64,000 bases of DNA from Eledone cirrhosa (lineage: Eukaryota): NCBI GenBank assembly GCA_964016885.1, contig OZ024763.1, positions 20,522,001 through 20,586,000 on the forward strand, read 5' to 3'. This document shows, one piece after another, positions 25,169-37,287 of the stretch; within the stretch, counting starts at the first letter, position 1; each line of letters starts with the position of its first letter. A program made the position numbers and the translations under genes. The notes under the pieces were generated by a model. It saw only the letters and a list, made by a program, of their open reading frames with translations, was not told where the DNA came from and did no database searches.

Positions 25169-25715
25169 GTATATTAATTACAATTTGCATGTAGGCAGAT
25201 CTGTCTGAAAATAGGGGGGGGGGGGTCTGAGTGTATCACGTGGCCGTGATCGGGGGTGACCCAAAAAGTTTGATAACCTCTGATCTACAGCATTAACGGT
25301 GATTTTTTAAAAAATTAATCAAATGAATTGATTAAAATCAATTAAATAAGGAATGCAGTAGGAATAAATCTGAATATTTTTCCCCAGTCATTCTAATTCT
25401 CTAACGATGAGAGAATGTAAATTGTTAACTGAAAAAAAGTATAAACGATAACATGACAAGGTCTGATTGTTTCTACCGCCAAAGATCAAAGTACAATGTC
25501 ATAGATCTGTTTGAGGGAGGTATTTTAACCCTTTAGCATTTAAACTGGCCATATCTGGCCAGAATTCTCTCACCTCTTTCTGTTCAAACCAGCCACTCAT
25601 ACTGATGTTAAGGTATTGTTCTCAAAATAATTAATAACACCTTCAAAATCTCATAGATTCGATATTATGTGAGATAAAGGCTTTACCGCAAAAATACAAT
25701 AGTAAATGCTAAAGG

Positions 25716-27160
25716 CAACAATCCTATCATATTGTTACAGTTCACACCTATGTTGGTATAGCCAGCCACATATAAGGTTGCCCCACATAGATTTCTTGGG
25801 TGTTTTCATGATAGGTGCCACAATCCTATCATGTTGTTACAGCTCACACCTATGTAGGTTTAGCTGGCCACATATAAGGGTGCCCCTGTGTTACAGCTCA
25901 CACCTATGTAGGTATAGCCGGCCACATATAAGGTTGCCCCCACATAGATTTCTTGGGTGTTTTCATGATAGGTGCCACAATCCTATCATGTTGTTACAGC
26001 TCACACCTATGTAGGTTTAGCTGGCCACATATAAGGGTGCCCCCGTGTTACAGCTCACACCTATGTAGGTTTAATTAGCCTCCTATAAGCTTGCATCTCA
26101 TAGAAGATTTCTTGAGCATTTTAATGGTAGGGGCCCCAGTCCTATCATATTATTACAGCTCACACCTATGTAGGTTTAGCTGGCCTCAGAAAGTTTCTCT
26201 GGTATTTTCATGATAGGGGCCCCAGACCTATCAAGTTGTTGTTACATCTCACACCTATGTGGGTTTAGCTGGCCTCCTATAAGATTGCATCTCACAGCTC
26301 ATAACTATGTAGGTTTAGTCGGCTTCCTATAAGGTTGCATCTCACAGGTTTCTCAGTTATTTTAATGATAGGAGCTCCAGTCCTATCATATTATAGCTCA
26401 CACCTATGTAGGTTTAGCTGGCCTCCTATAAGCTTGTGTCTTATAGAAAGTTTCTCTGGTGTATCAATGATAGGGGCTCCAGTCTTAAGCAACATGATAC
26501 GAAGTATCTTTGTCTTTATGTACTATCATGTTGTTGTTACAGTTCACAGCTATGTAGGTTTAGCTGGCCACATATAAGGTTGCTTCTAATGTGGAGGTTT
26601 CATTGACGTTTTAATGATAAAGACCTCTATCCTATCAGTTGTTACAGTTCACAGCTATGTAGGTTTAGCTGGCCACATACAAGGTTGCTTCTAATGTGGA
26701 GGTTTCATTGACGTTTTAATGATAAAGACCTCTATCCTATCAGTTGTTACAGTTCACAGCTATGTAGGTTTAGCTGGCCACATACAAGGTTGTTTCTAAT
26801 GTGGAGGTTTCATTGACATTTTAATGATAAAGACCTCTATCCTATCAGTTGTTACAGTTCACAGCTATGTAGGTTTAGCTGGCCACATATAAGGTTGCTT
26901 CTAATGTGGAGGTTTCATTGACGTTTTAATGATAAAGACCTCTATCCTATCAGTTGTTACAGTTCACAGCTATGTAGGTTTAGCTGGCCACATATAAGGT
27001 TGCTTCTAATGTGGAGGTTTCATTGATGTTTTAATGATAAAGACCTCTATCCTATCAGTTGTTACAGTTCACAGCTATGTAGGTTTAGCTGGCCACATAC
27101 AAGGTTGTATCTCACAGGAGGTTTCATTGGTGTATTAATAAGGTCCCCTCTGCTATCATG
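25716..27160. repeat. Inverted-orientation cluster of the 102/106-bp repeat family, including a homogeneous 106-bp array at ~26535-27120
   Basis: TGTTACAGTTCACAGCTATGTAGGTTTAGCTGGCCAC units, reverse-complementary to the 14761 array. Confidence 0.85.
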
Positions 27161-28084
27161 TTTTTGACACTCTACCGACAGTACCATTCCCTTGACCTCA
27201 AAACCATGATGATGATCATCATCATGATACAACAACAACAACAGCAGCAGCAATCTTTTGAAATTGCTACAAAACCATAGATTTTTGAGGAAGGGTTAAT
27301 TTAGACAATTACTGTTATTCTAACTGACTCACAGTTGAAATTGGGCCATAACAAGATGTAATTTGTCACAACACATTTTTGTACACCACTCTAGGCAGGT
27401 GGTCCAGTGTATGGGTTGGCTGAAAATTTCATAGGCTGACTATGCAGGAGTGATACTAGAGCTGTGAAATCTTTCATGCATTAATTTTCAACTCTTCTTA
27501 TTAATAACTGCATTATTTCTTTCCAGGGACTATGTTGAAAAATAAACCTCATTTGGTCATCCATGAGAGTATCTTGGTCAACCTATGAGGAAGTGATGCT
27601 AAAGCTGTGAAATCTTGCTTGCATTAATTTTCAACTCTTCTTATTAATAACTGCATTGTTTCTTTCTAGGGAATATATCATTTGGTCATTCCATGAGAGT
27701 ATCTTGGTCAGCCTATGAAGGAGTGATGCTAGTTTCCGTCTACCAACTAAACCTATATAGGTGTGAGCTGTAACAACATGATAGGACTGTGGCCCCTATC
27801 ATTAAAATACGCAGGTGTGCTTAAACAAAGGGCCCTGCCGGGCAGGAGAGGAGAAGGGAGCCCGTCTTCTCTGCCAAAAAATTTGTTTACCTCCTTCAGG
27901 GTCCAAGTAAGGGGTCTCATAACTTAACTAGCACAGGACCTCATTTGTCCTGAATCCAGCACTGGGTGGGGGCGTCCAATAGGCCAGCAAATATAAGTAA
28001 ATATATTTTTAAATATATATGTAAAAAAAAGAAACAAAGAACTAAACAGTACTGGAATTGGTATAGAAGCAAAACGGTGGTGTG

Positions 28085-28660
28085 GGGTTGTCAAAAACAA
28101 AAAACAAAAGATAGTGGGAATTGATAACAGGACTATCAAGCAATAGTTGATTGAAAAAAATAGGGGACAAAAGAGTTGAACAAGTAGTACGACAGCTCAA
28201 GGTGAACAGGGTTTCAAAGGTATGGTTGATACAAAAAAATAGGGGACAAAATGAGTCAAACAAGTTGTATGACTGCTCAAAGTGAACAGGGCTATCAAGG
28301 TATGGTTGATACAAAAAAATAGGGGACAAAAGAGTTGAACAAGTTGTATGGTGTGGTCAAACATAAAAAAAAGATATGGTTGATGGAAATAAATAGGGGA
28401 CAAAAGTTGAACAAGTAGTTTGACTGCTCAAGATAAACAGGGCTATCAAGGTTCAGTTGAAACAAAAAATAGGGGACAAAAGTTGAACAAGTTGTATGGT
28501 GTGGTCAAAAACAAAAGACAAAGGAAAAGTTGATGTAAAAAATAGGGGACAAAAGAGTTGAACAAGTTGTACGGTGTGGTCAAAAACAAAAAAAGGGATA
28601 GTTGATGTAAAAAATAGGGGACAAAAGTTGAACAAGTTGTATGACTGCTCAAGGTCAAGG
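28085..28660. repeat. Degenerate ~70-bp tandem repeat
   Basis: AAAAATAGGGGACAAAAG(AG)TTGAACAAGT recurs ~7 times. Confidence 0.75.
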
Positions 28661-28824
28661 TGAAAAAAGGGTGGTGGTAGTAGTAATAGTAGTGGTGGTA
28701 GTAGTAGTGGTGGTGGTGGTAGTAGGGAAGGGGTAATAAAATGGAATCTACTCCAACAAACTGCCGCAAATAAGCAACAGAAGGTGGCAGTGGGTGGAAT
28801 ATGGGTTATAAATATAACACAAGG

Positions 28825-30212
28825 TTAACTCTTAACATCCTGTATTGAATTTGAAAATATTTCTTTTTTTCTTTACATAGGTTTGTTAATTCAAATGTTT
28901 GTAGTATCTTTACTGGTTGACAGATTGTTGTGGATATTTCTAGTATTTCAGTAAAGACTTTAATATTTAATGTGATGTAGTCATAGTGTTGTTTTGTACT
29001 AAATGTTTATAGTATCTTTACTGGTGGACAGATTATTTTTACAATTTGCAACATTAGAGGAAAGACTTTAATATTTAATGTGATGCAGTCATAATGCTGT
29101 CTTGTACTTTTATACTAATGTGGTTTGTTAATTCAAATGTTTAAAGTATCTTTACTGGTTGACAGATTGTTGTGGAAATTTGTAGTAAATTTACATAAAG
29201 ACTTTATTATTTAATATGATACAGTCATAGCGTTGTTTTGTACTTTTCAAGAATGTCTTGCTAATGTAGTTTGTTAATTCAAATGTTTATAGTATCTTAA
29301 CTAGTAGACAGATTGTTGTAAAAATTTGTACTATTAGAATAAATACTTAAATTTTTAAACTGATACAGTCATAGCGCTGTCTTGAACTTTTCAAGTATGT
29401 CTTACTAATGTGATTTCTTAATTCAAATTTTTAAAGTATCTTTATTGGTAGACAGATTGTTGTGAAAATTTGTAGTAAATTTACATAAAGACTTAATTAT
29501 TAATGCAGTGTAGTTATAGTGTTGTTTTGTACTAAAGGCTTACTCTTTTACCTGTTCCAGCCATCCAGCTGAGCCCTGCTGAGGCACCGCCCTAATGGAC
29601 AAATTGTTGTTAAAATTTACAGTATTAAAGTAAATGCTTTAATTTTCAATATGATGCAGTCAAAGTGCTATTTTGTAGTTTTCAAGAATGGCTTACTAAT
29701 GTGGTTTCATAATTCAAATGTTTATAGTATCTTTACTGGTAGACAGTTTGTTGTTAAAATTTACAGTATTAGAGTCAAGACTTTAATTTTTAATGTGATG
29801 TAGTCAAAGTGTTGTTTTTTTACTTTTGAAGAATGTCTTGCTAATGTAGTTTCATATTCTTTGTTAATTCAAATGTTTACAGTATCTTAACTAGTGGACG
29901 ATTCTTCTTAAAGTTTGTAATATTAGATAAGGCTTTAATTTCTAAGGTGATGCAGTCATAGTGTTGTTTTGTACTTTTCAAGAATGACTTGTTAATATGT
30001 TTTCACGTGGTTTGTTAAGTCAAATGTTTATAGTATCTTTACTGGTTTACTTTCTTAATTCAAATATTTACTGGTAGACAGACAGTTGTGAAAATTTGCA
30101 GTATTTGAGCAAAGACTTCAATTTTTAACCTGATGGAGTCACAGTGATGTTTGTAGTTTCAAGGATGCCTTAACAAATTTAGTTTCACATGGTACAGGAC
30201 GTTAAGAGTTAA
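28825..30212. mobile_element. Non-autonomous piggyBac-like element (~1.4 kb) filled with diverged ~150-bp repeats
   Basis: TTAA|CTCTTAACATCCTGTA ... TACAGGACGTTAAGAG|TTAA; internal TTAATTCAAATGTTTATAGTATCTTTACTGG repeated ~8 times. Confidence 0.75.
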
Positions 30213-30480
30213 ACAGGGGTTAAAATCAAACTAAGGGAGATATCAGTTTAACTCACGGTCATAAGAATCTACACTCATTTTTATATATATTTTTTAATAT
30301 TATTTTTATATTTTCAGTTATTATTATTATTATTTAATAAATATTTGGTCTCCCTAATCTTCTGAAAGTAAAAACAATAAAAAGAACATATAATGAGAAT
30401 AAGTAATGACCCCGATAACATTAAAGACTGATGAATATTGTGGATTGTTTCAAAATAATCAGGAAATTTTGCCAGACATA

Positions 30481-30828
30481 TACGAGGGTAGGCTGAAAAG
30501 TTCATAGGCTGGCCATGAAGGAGTGATGCTAGTGCTGTGAAATCTTGTATGCATTAATTTCAACTCTTCTTCTTAATAATAACTGCATTGTTTCTTTGCA
30601 GGGACTATGTTGAAAAATAAACCTCATTTGGTCATTCCATGAGAGTATCTTGATCAACCTATGAAGGAGTGATGCTAGAGCTGTGAAATCTTCCCAGCAT
30701 TAATTTCAACTCTTCTTATTAATAACTGAATTGTTTCTTTCCAGGGACTATGTTGAAAAATAAACCTCATTTGGTCATTCCATGAGTATCTTGGTCAGAC
30801 TATGAACTTTTTCAGCCTACACCCATAT
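30481..30828. mobile_element. Mariner-type MITE; relatives at ~27409-27730, 51985-52235, 52264-52465
   Basis: TA|CGAGGGTAGGCTGAAAAGTTCATAGGCTG ... CAGACTATGAACTTTTTCAGCCTACAC. Confidence 0.8.
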
Positions 30829-30839
30829 ACATATATATA

Positions 30840-31783
30840 CCAGATAGAAAAATGCGTACAGCAAAAAAAAGTAATATTGTTGGAATATAAACCTTTAAAA
30901 TTTTTATTGGTAAAAAATCGAGTTCCACATTCATAGGCTCTGGGTTCCACATTCAGAGGTCGTCGTCAGACCGGGGGATCATTTGATCCTGGTTTGAACA
31001 CCAATTGGGCCATAACCATACCCCTATTTCATCATTCGGTGACACGCCTCATGTGTCATGCATAATGTGAATAGACCCATGGGCCCATGAGCACAGATCT
31101 TGAGCAGCAGCGGACGGTCTTGTCGTCCCGCTCATCCTTGATCTTGACCAACCCGTCCATCTTCTCCTTGCATCTTGTCCTTGAGTTCAAGTCCGGCAGT
31201 CCAGATGAATGCGTGCCACAGCTTTCTGGTACAGGAAGGGGGAGCAGGAGGACTGGAGGGATGACGGGACAGAGGGAGGGAGGACCGGTGGTTTAGGGAG
31301 GTGCTGTAGTCGGTGGTCAGAGTCGACATCTTGTCCCGGTCGTCTTCTCCATCTTCGTCTGGTGTTGCGGGACCAGAAGTGCATTCTTGGAGGAGACCTG
31401 CAGCTGCATCGGCCAATTCTTCTTGCAATGGTCATTCTGACGGAGCAGAACCGCTCAGCCAACCAACCCCAACCAGAACCAACCGCTCAGGGGCAACGCA
31501 CAATGAGAGCATGACAATTATTATCCACTAATCAAGAAGATACTGGGGCATAGCACAGGAAACGAATAAAAAAAATTTGCCACTAATATTATTGTAACAT
31601 TTTTTATTTCTTGTCCAATTCTTTAAAGTTTTATCTTAGTTTCTTGTCCTATTCTTTTAAAGTTTTATCTTAGTTTCTTGTCCTATTCTTTTAAAGTTTT
31701 ATTTTAGTTTCTTGTCCTGTATTTTTAAAGGTTTATATTCCAACAATATTACTTTTTTTTGCTGTACGCATTTTTCTATCTGG
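30840..31783. mobile_element. Unclassified element with ~60-bp near-perfect terminal inverted repeats and a GC-rich interior
   Basis: CCAGATAGAAAAATGCGTACAGCAAAAAAAAGTAATATTGTTGGAATATAAACCTTTAAAA is inverted at ~31723-31783. Confidence 0.75.
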
Positions 31784-32057
31784 TCTACTATTTTTTAAGG
31801 CAATGCAAGCAACAACTAACTAATAATTAAATGATCATAGTGAATTACTGACAAGTGATTGACATTTTAAAGTTCTTTTGAGTATAATTGCAATCTAGTT
31901 GAGGCAACTGGCTTAATGACAAAGCTAGTAAATCATGAATGCATTTGAGATGATTAGTGCATAATAGTGAATTGGTGAAACTTGTGCATTTCAATGGTGT
32001 TACAACAATAGATGTAAGTTATATAGTAGTAATACTTTATCATTTTAACTTTTTAGA

Positions 32058-32417
32058 ATGGACAAAAACCCATGCAAAGAAATGACTTTGACTGCAGTGA
32101 TTCCCTCCAATTTACTTACAAAGCAAAACGTGGTCAAATACCTTATCATCTCTGATAAAATGCCCATTGAATCACTGAAAATCGGATGCATGGAATTCCT
32201 CATAAAATGCACCCATGAATCGGAAGCCATCACATATATCAATGGATATAGGGAGTTGTTCACACTGGAAGACCATCAATTCATTTGTGACTTCATCAGT
32301 TATCTCCACGATTATCTCAGACACCCAATGCCATTGATGAGAGGTGATCCAATGTGTGAGCATGTAACTAATCTTATAGAAGTTGTTATCGACCACCTGG
32401 CTTTTAGTGACATTTGA
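32058..32417 (+). CDS. Hypothetical 119-aa protein, convergent with the SGNH remnant
   Basis: ATG-started, complex-composition ORF in AT-rich DNA; no motif recognised. Confidence 0.3.
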   Translation: MDKNPCKEMTLTAVIPSNLLTKQNVVKYLIISDKMPIESLKIGCMEFLIKCTHESEAITYINGYRELFTLEDHQFICDFISYLHDYLRHPMPLMRGDPMCEHVTNLIEVVIDHLAFSDI

Positions 32418-32597
32418 CTGATTTGACTGATAATGATGTATTTTTAAAAAGTATGTGTACATTCTTGTTACTATTTTAAGGCAATGCAAGCAACAATTAT
32501 TTAATAAAATTTAAATTTAAAAATGACCATTGTGCATTACTAGTATGATGACATTTTATTAAGTCACAAAATTATTCAGTCAGCCATAGAACAAGGA

Positions 32598-33744
32598 TCA
32601 GGTGGCAAAAACATTGGCAAAAATTTGTGTCAATTTAAGATTTCCAACATTGTTCAAATGAATCATATCTGGTTTGAAGTCAGATTTGTCAAATTTTTAC
32701 CAATTTTCAATGTTGTGAAGATTGGGCAAGTTCAATTTTTGAATCATTTCTTTCATGCAGTAATTAAACTTTTCCAAACGAGAATTTCTCTTGCCCAAGT
32801 CATTTTTATTTTCAATTACACTTTGTGGACGTGGAATGACACCACTGTAGAAAATGGGTGTACAGTGGTGCTTTTCCGCTATTTTCTGTAGCCTTGCAAA
32901 GAGACTCTTCCCCTGTTTTTCCGGTTTTGTGCCTCGAATGGGCACTTTGTCCTTAATTTACAAATAAATGATTAATAAAAAATACTTGGGCAAAAATTAT
33001 TGTATTACTTTGCACAGCTTTGTAGTGCCAACGGTGTGACGAGGATTCAGATCATTAGAGCCGACATGAACCACCAATCATCATCATCATCATCATTTCA
33101 TTTTACGTCCGCTTTTTCCCTGCTTGCAAGGGTGGGACGGGAACTGATTCTGGCTTGATTTCTACAGCTGGATGCCCTTCCTAACACCAACCTCATTTAC
33201 AGTGAGTGGTGGGTGCTTTTTTTGCCGTGGCACCCTCCATGACCATTTTGCAGTGGAATGATAGGGACCCCAGTCCCTATCATCTCATTTCTACAGCTGA
33301 GTAAACTGGAGCAACGTGAAATAAAGTGTCTTGCTCAAGGAAACAACACATCACCCGGTCTGAGAATTGAACTCACAACCTTTTGATTGCAAGGCCAATG
33401 CTCTAACCACTAAGCCATGTGCCTCCAATACTTTCACAAAAGGACAACAGATAACAATGTTGGCGATTAACATTACCTGGCCCTGACGGGCCCCAGGTAT
33501 ACAAAATATCTAAGTATTTTTGTTGGTATGATAAGTAAATACATTTGAATTAATATTTTTATACCTTCTGGTCATTCGATTTCACCACATTTCTAATTAT
33601 GGATTTGTAAAAACTGGCATGAATGTGAATTTGATCAGTCCAATTGCCCGATTTTAGTGAAAAGTTTTGATTCGAAATGGAAATACTCCATTTCCGTGCC
33701 ATGGAAAAAATGAATAAGCCGATCAAAAAGCCGCGAAACATCAT
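32598..33744 (-). pseudogene. Spliced SGNH/GDSL-type esterase gene remnant, disrupted by a SINE and one in-frame stop
   Basis: Joining across introns 33564-33510 and 33008-32952 (both GT..AG, phase 0) and removing the SINE (TSD CCAAT) gives ...SIIRNV...|IFCIPGAR...VLVVHVGSNDL...|...IFYSGVIPRP...FN...W*...PDMIHLNNVG. These are SGNH blocks I, II, III and V in order. Confidence 0.75.
33078..33425 (-). mobile_element. SINE family B inserted in the SGNH gene
   Basis: Near-identical to 36123-36520; flanked by a CCAAT duplication. Confidence 0.85.
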
Positions 33745-34786
33745 TTTTAATTAAGCGAAATTAGTGGATGCAAATCTCAGAAAATATTGTACACTATTCG
33801 CACCTATCGCACCTATCGGTACAAAAATATAGCGCACTATTCGCACCTATCGGTACAAAAAAATCGCACGACTGTTAATAATACTAGAAGTGCAAGCTAT
33901 CTGTTGAATACTTGGTATATGAAGAGCAACCGATACGATCGGTCGGCGATCGGTCTTGAAGAAGAATGAAGAATGAAGTGAAATTTTGGTCTGGTTGTTG
34001 TCATCGGTGTTTCGCAGAGATGCCGACACGAACAAAGGTGTCAGTGACACAAAGTTGTCCGCTTGAACAAAGGTGTCGGTCCGACAAAGGTGTCAGTCAG
34101 ACAGACAGTCAGACAGTGTCACAGTCGGTGCGACAAAGCGATCGATGCGATTAAAAAAAATTTAACTCATGTTTACCTATATTTTCGCAAACTATTGATA
34201 GATTGGTACAAAAAATAGCTTTGATAATAAACATAAATTTTTAACGAAGTATTTAAAAAGCATTTTAGCAGTGAAAAGTGAAGTAATGTTTCACACTGAC
34301 ACAAGTAGGGCCGTTCAGAAATGACGTAGTCAATTAGGAGGAAGGGATTCGGCGATTTGACTACATTTGACTAACGTAATCACAAGAGTTCCGCCGAAAA
34401 AAATTCGTCATTTCTGGATTACCTCCCCTAGCGTCACGCTTACTACTCACTCACTTGAACACAAGATTTATCAGCAAACTTTGATTATAAACTTTTTCCC
34501 GCTGGACCAAATTTCTAGCTTTTTAAGCCAAAAGATGCGTAATGATCTACTGTTCATGCTCATATAAGTTTTATCTCAGTTAAATAAAGTAGAGCCGCGC
34601 TGTACTGTCGTAAACAGACGATTGCCAACGAAAACACGACCACAACAATATTACTAAACGGACTACCGTCCGTTTAGGTTAGCCGTAACTCACTCGGTAT
34701 GCAAATGAGGCTACTCATCCCTCCAGCAACATCTTGAAAGACAACATTTTTTCTCTGACAAGTCTTATAAGTGCATCTCTACTGAA

Positions 34787-34828
<42 letters not shown>

Positions 34829-34836
34829 TAAAATAA

Positions 34837-34910
34837 CAGATTAAAGTTTAAGCAAAGAATCGCTGCTTTCACCCTTAACGGGATCTTCTGAAACTAACAA
34901 AGTCAATCTG
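34837..34910 (-). ncRNA. Variant hammerhead ribozyme (CAGAAGA core), left arm of a fold-back
   Basis: Near-exact reverse complement of 35111-35184. Confidence 0.6.
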
Positions 34911-35110
34911 TAAACGCAGAACTGGATATTTCAAAAAACGTTGCAACCGGAGGAAGACAGGAAGACGATACTTTGGTTCGTGGAAACGTTCGCTGGCAAA
35001 GAACGGGAAAAAACGAATAATACGTCATTAATAGGAGCGGTAGAAACAATTACGCGCAAAGACAGAACAACGTTTGCAACGTTTTTTTTAAATATTCACT
35101 TCTGCGTTCA

Positions 35111-35184
35111 CAGATTGAGTTTGTTAGTTTCAGAAGATCCCGTTAAGGGTGAAAGCAGCGATTCTTTGCTTAAACTTTAATCTG
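35111..35184 (+). ncRNA. Variant hammerhead ribozyme (CAGAAGA core)
   Basis: cagatt..agttt-CAGAAGA-tccc/gggt-GAAA-gca..tgc-TT-aaact..aatctg; all three stems pair. Confidence 0.62.
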
Positions 35185-35592
35185 TTATTTTAATAAATAT
35201 TTGCTCTTCGGTTCTTATATATTTGATATATATTTTCCTTATCGAGCCCTCTTTGAATTTTAGTCTTCAATTTTATTATTATTACTATATATATATATAC
35301 AGACACATATATACCTGTTGTATCATAAATGTACTTGAAGAAGAAACATAGTGTAAGAATTAAAACTTATTTTTAAATATCGTGCTTTCTCCTCCATATA
35401 TTTTTGATTATATATATATATTCCAACTGCATTTTAAGTTACCTTAAATCGCAACTGCACAGCTATTTCTATTCTCTCTCTCTCTATATATATATAGATG
35501 TCAACATGAATGGACCTGTTATTTTTATCTAAAAACATTTTTTTCCAATTCCATCCCGCTCGTCCCCTCAATCTATTTTATTTCTCATTCTT

Positions 35593-35628
35593 TCTTCTGA
35601 TGAAGGACTAGTGTCCGAAACGTTAAGA
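35593..35628 (+). ncRNA. Minimal hammerhead ribozyme
   Basis: tctt-CTGATGA-aggac-tagt-gtcc-GAAACGTT-aaga. Confidence 0.85.
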
Positions 35629-35712
35629 CCCTCTTCCTGCTATATCAAGCGTTAACCTAATATATCCCTTCCATATACTGTACCGATTCTGTTGTTATTT
35701 CTGTTTACCTTT

Positions 35713-35759
<47 letters not shown>

Positions 35760-36559
35760 AACCTGCCAGACAGTCCTATGCGAGCAAGACAATTCACTCT
35801 TGCCTCAAGTGGGACTACCCCCGTCCAAACCCATGCAAGCGTGGAACACGGACGTTAAACGTTGATGATGATGATGATGATGATGATATATATATATATA
35901 TGCAGAGGTTATATTTAATTTGTTGGGATTCAACAAACTTAAACATTTTTATAACAGATATCACAATATTACCTTCCTCCAACAGTTTAATTTAAATAAA
36001 CCGTTATCTTTAAACCTTTCGGACACTCATTTGCATACTCAATCATAACTCTCTATAACCCTTAATAAATGTAATATCTCCAGGAAGCTCCAACCGTTAA
36101 GGTTGTCATTTTTCAGGGTATATCATCATTCATCATCATCATCATTTTACGTCCGCTTTTTCCCTGCTTGCAAGGGTGGGACAGGAACTGATTCTGGCTT
36201 GATCTCTACAGCTGGATGCCCTTCTTAACACCAACCTCATTTACAATGAGTGCTGGGTGCTTTTTTTCCGTGGCACCTACACGTCCACTTTACAGTGTGG
36301 GCAAGGTGTTTTTTTTGCCGTGACACCTCCACAACCACTTTGCAGTGGAATGATAGGGACCCCAGTCCCTATCATCTCATTTCTACAGCTGAGTAAACTG
36401 GAGCAATGTGAAATAAAGTGTCTTGCTCAAGGAAACAACACATTACCCGGTCTGAGAATTGAACTCACAACCTTTCGATTGCAAGGCCAATGCTCTAACG
36501 ACTAAGCCATGTGCCTCCATCTTATATCAATATTTATATTATAAAACTAATCTGTATTG

Positions 36560-36625
36560 TATTTTATCTGATGAAAGCACACCATAATTTGCCTTGGTGG
36601 CCCTTGAAATATGTATAATAAAATA
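36560..36625 (+). ncRNA. Type I hammerhead ribozyme (solo pLTR)
   Basis: tattttat-CTGATGA-aag..cacca/tggtg..ctt-GAAA-tatgta-TA-ataaaata. Confidence 0.75.
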
Positions 36626-36665
36626 AATATGGTTTTATAAATATAGTTTCCATTTGTTAATATTT

Positions 36666-36706
<41 letters not shown>

Positions 36707-36875
36707 TGTGCCACAGAAATATACTCACATCATTGAAAAAAATTAGGTTAAATTTTAAAGAGATTCTATACACTGGCTGATATTCGGAGTAATCTATTAA
36801 TTAGTGTGTGTATATATTTTGGGGAATGCCCTGAATATATACTCACACACATGTAATATATATATACTCACACAC

Positions 36876-36939
<64 letters not shown>

Positions 36940-37065
36940 AAGTTTTATTTAAATTGTTGGGTTACAACGAGTAAATATTTATAACTGATATAAAAGCACT
37001 CAACAAGTATTTGGAGTATATTTACGATATTAAATAAATGGAAACTATATTTATAAAACCATATT

Positions 37066-37131
37066 TATTTCATTATATATATTTCAGGGATATCATATTA
37101 AAAATATGGTATGCCTTCATCAGACAAAATA
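37066..37131 (-). ncRNA. Hammerhead ribozyme in the inverted pLTR
   Basis: Reverse complement of 39523-39588. Confidence 0.75.
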
Positions 37132-37287
37132 CAATATAAACAGTCTTATAAATAGATAGATTTGACATACCTTACACTTCAACTTCCATTTAAAAAGTTG
37201 ATTTGGTAGTGAAAAATGTTAGGGACAGTTATAGAGAAAAAAAAAAAAGAAAGAAAGAAAGAAAGCGAAGAAAAAGAAGAAATGCAT

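Noticed and set aside
34695-34710. Octamer ATGCAAAT (also ~36027, reverse) as an snRNA enhancer
   Set aside because: No snRNA gene was recognised nearby; an 8-mer is expected by chance in AT-rich DNA.
34940-35000. GGAAGA...GGAAACGTT as a second hammerhead on the plus strand
   Set aside because: The core and stems are too poor to support the call.
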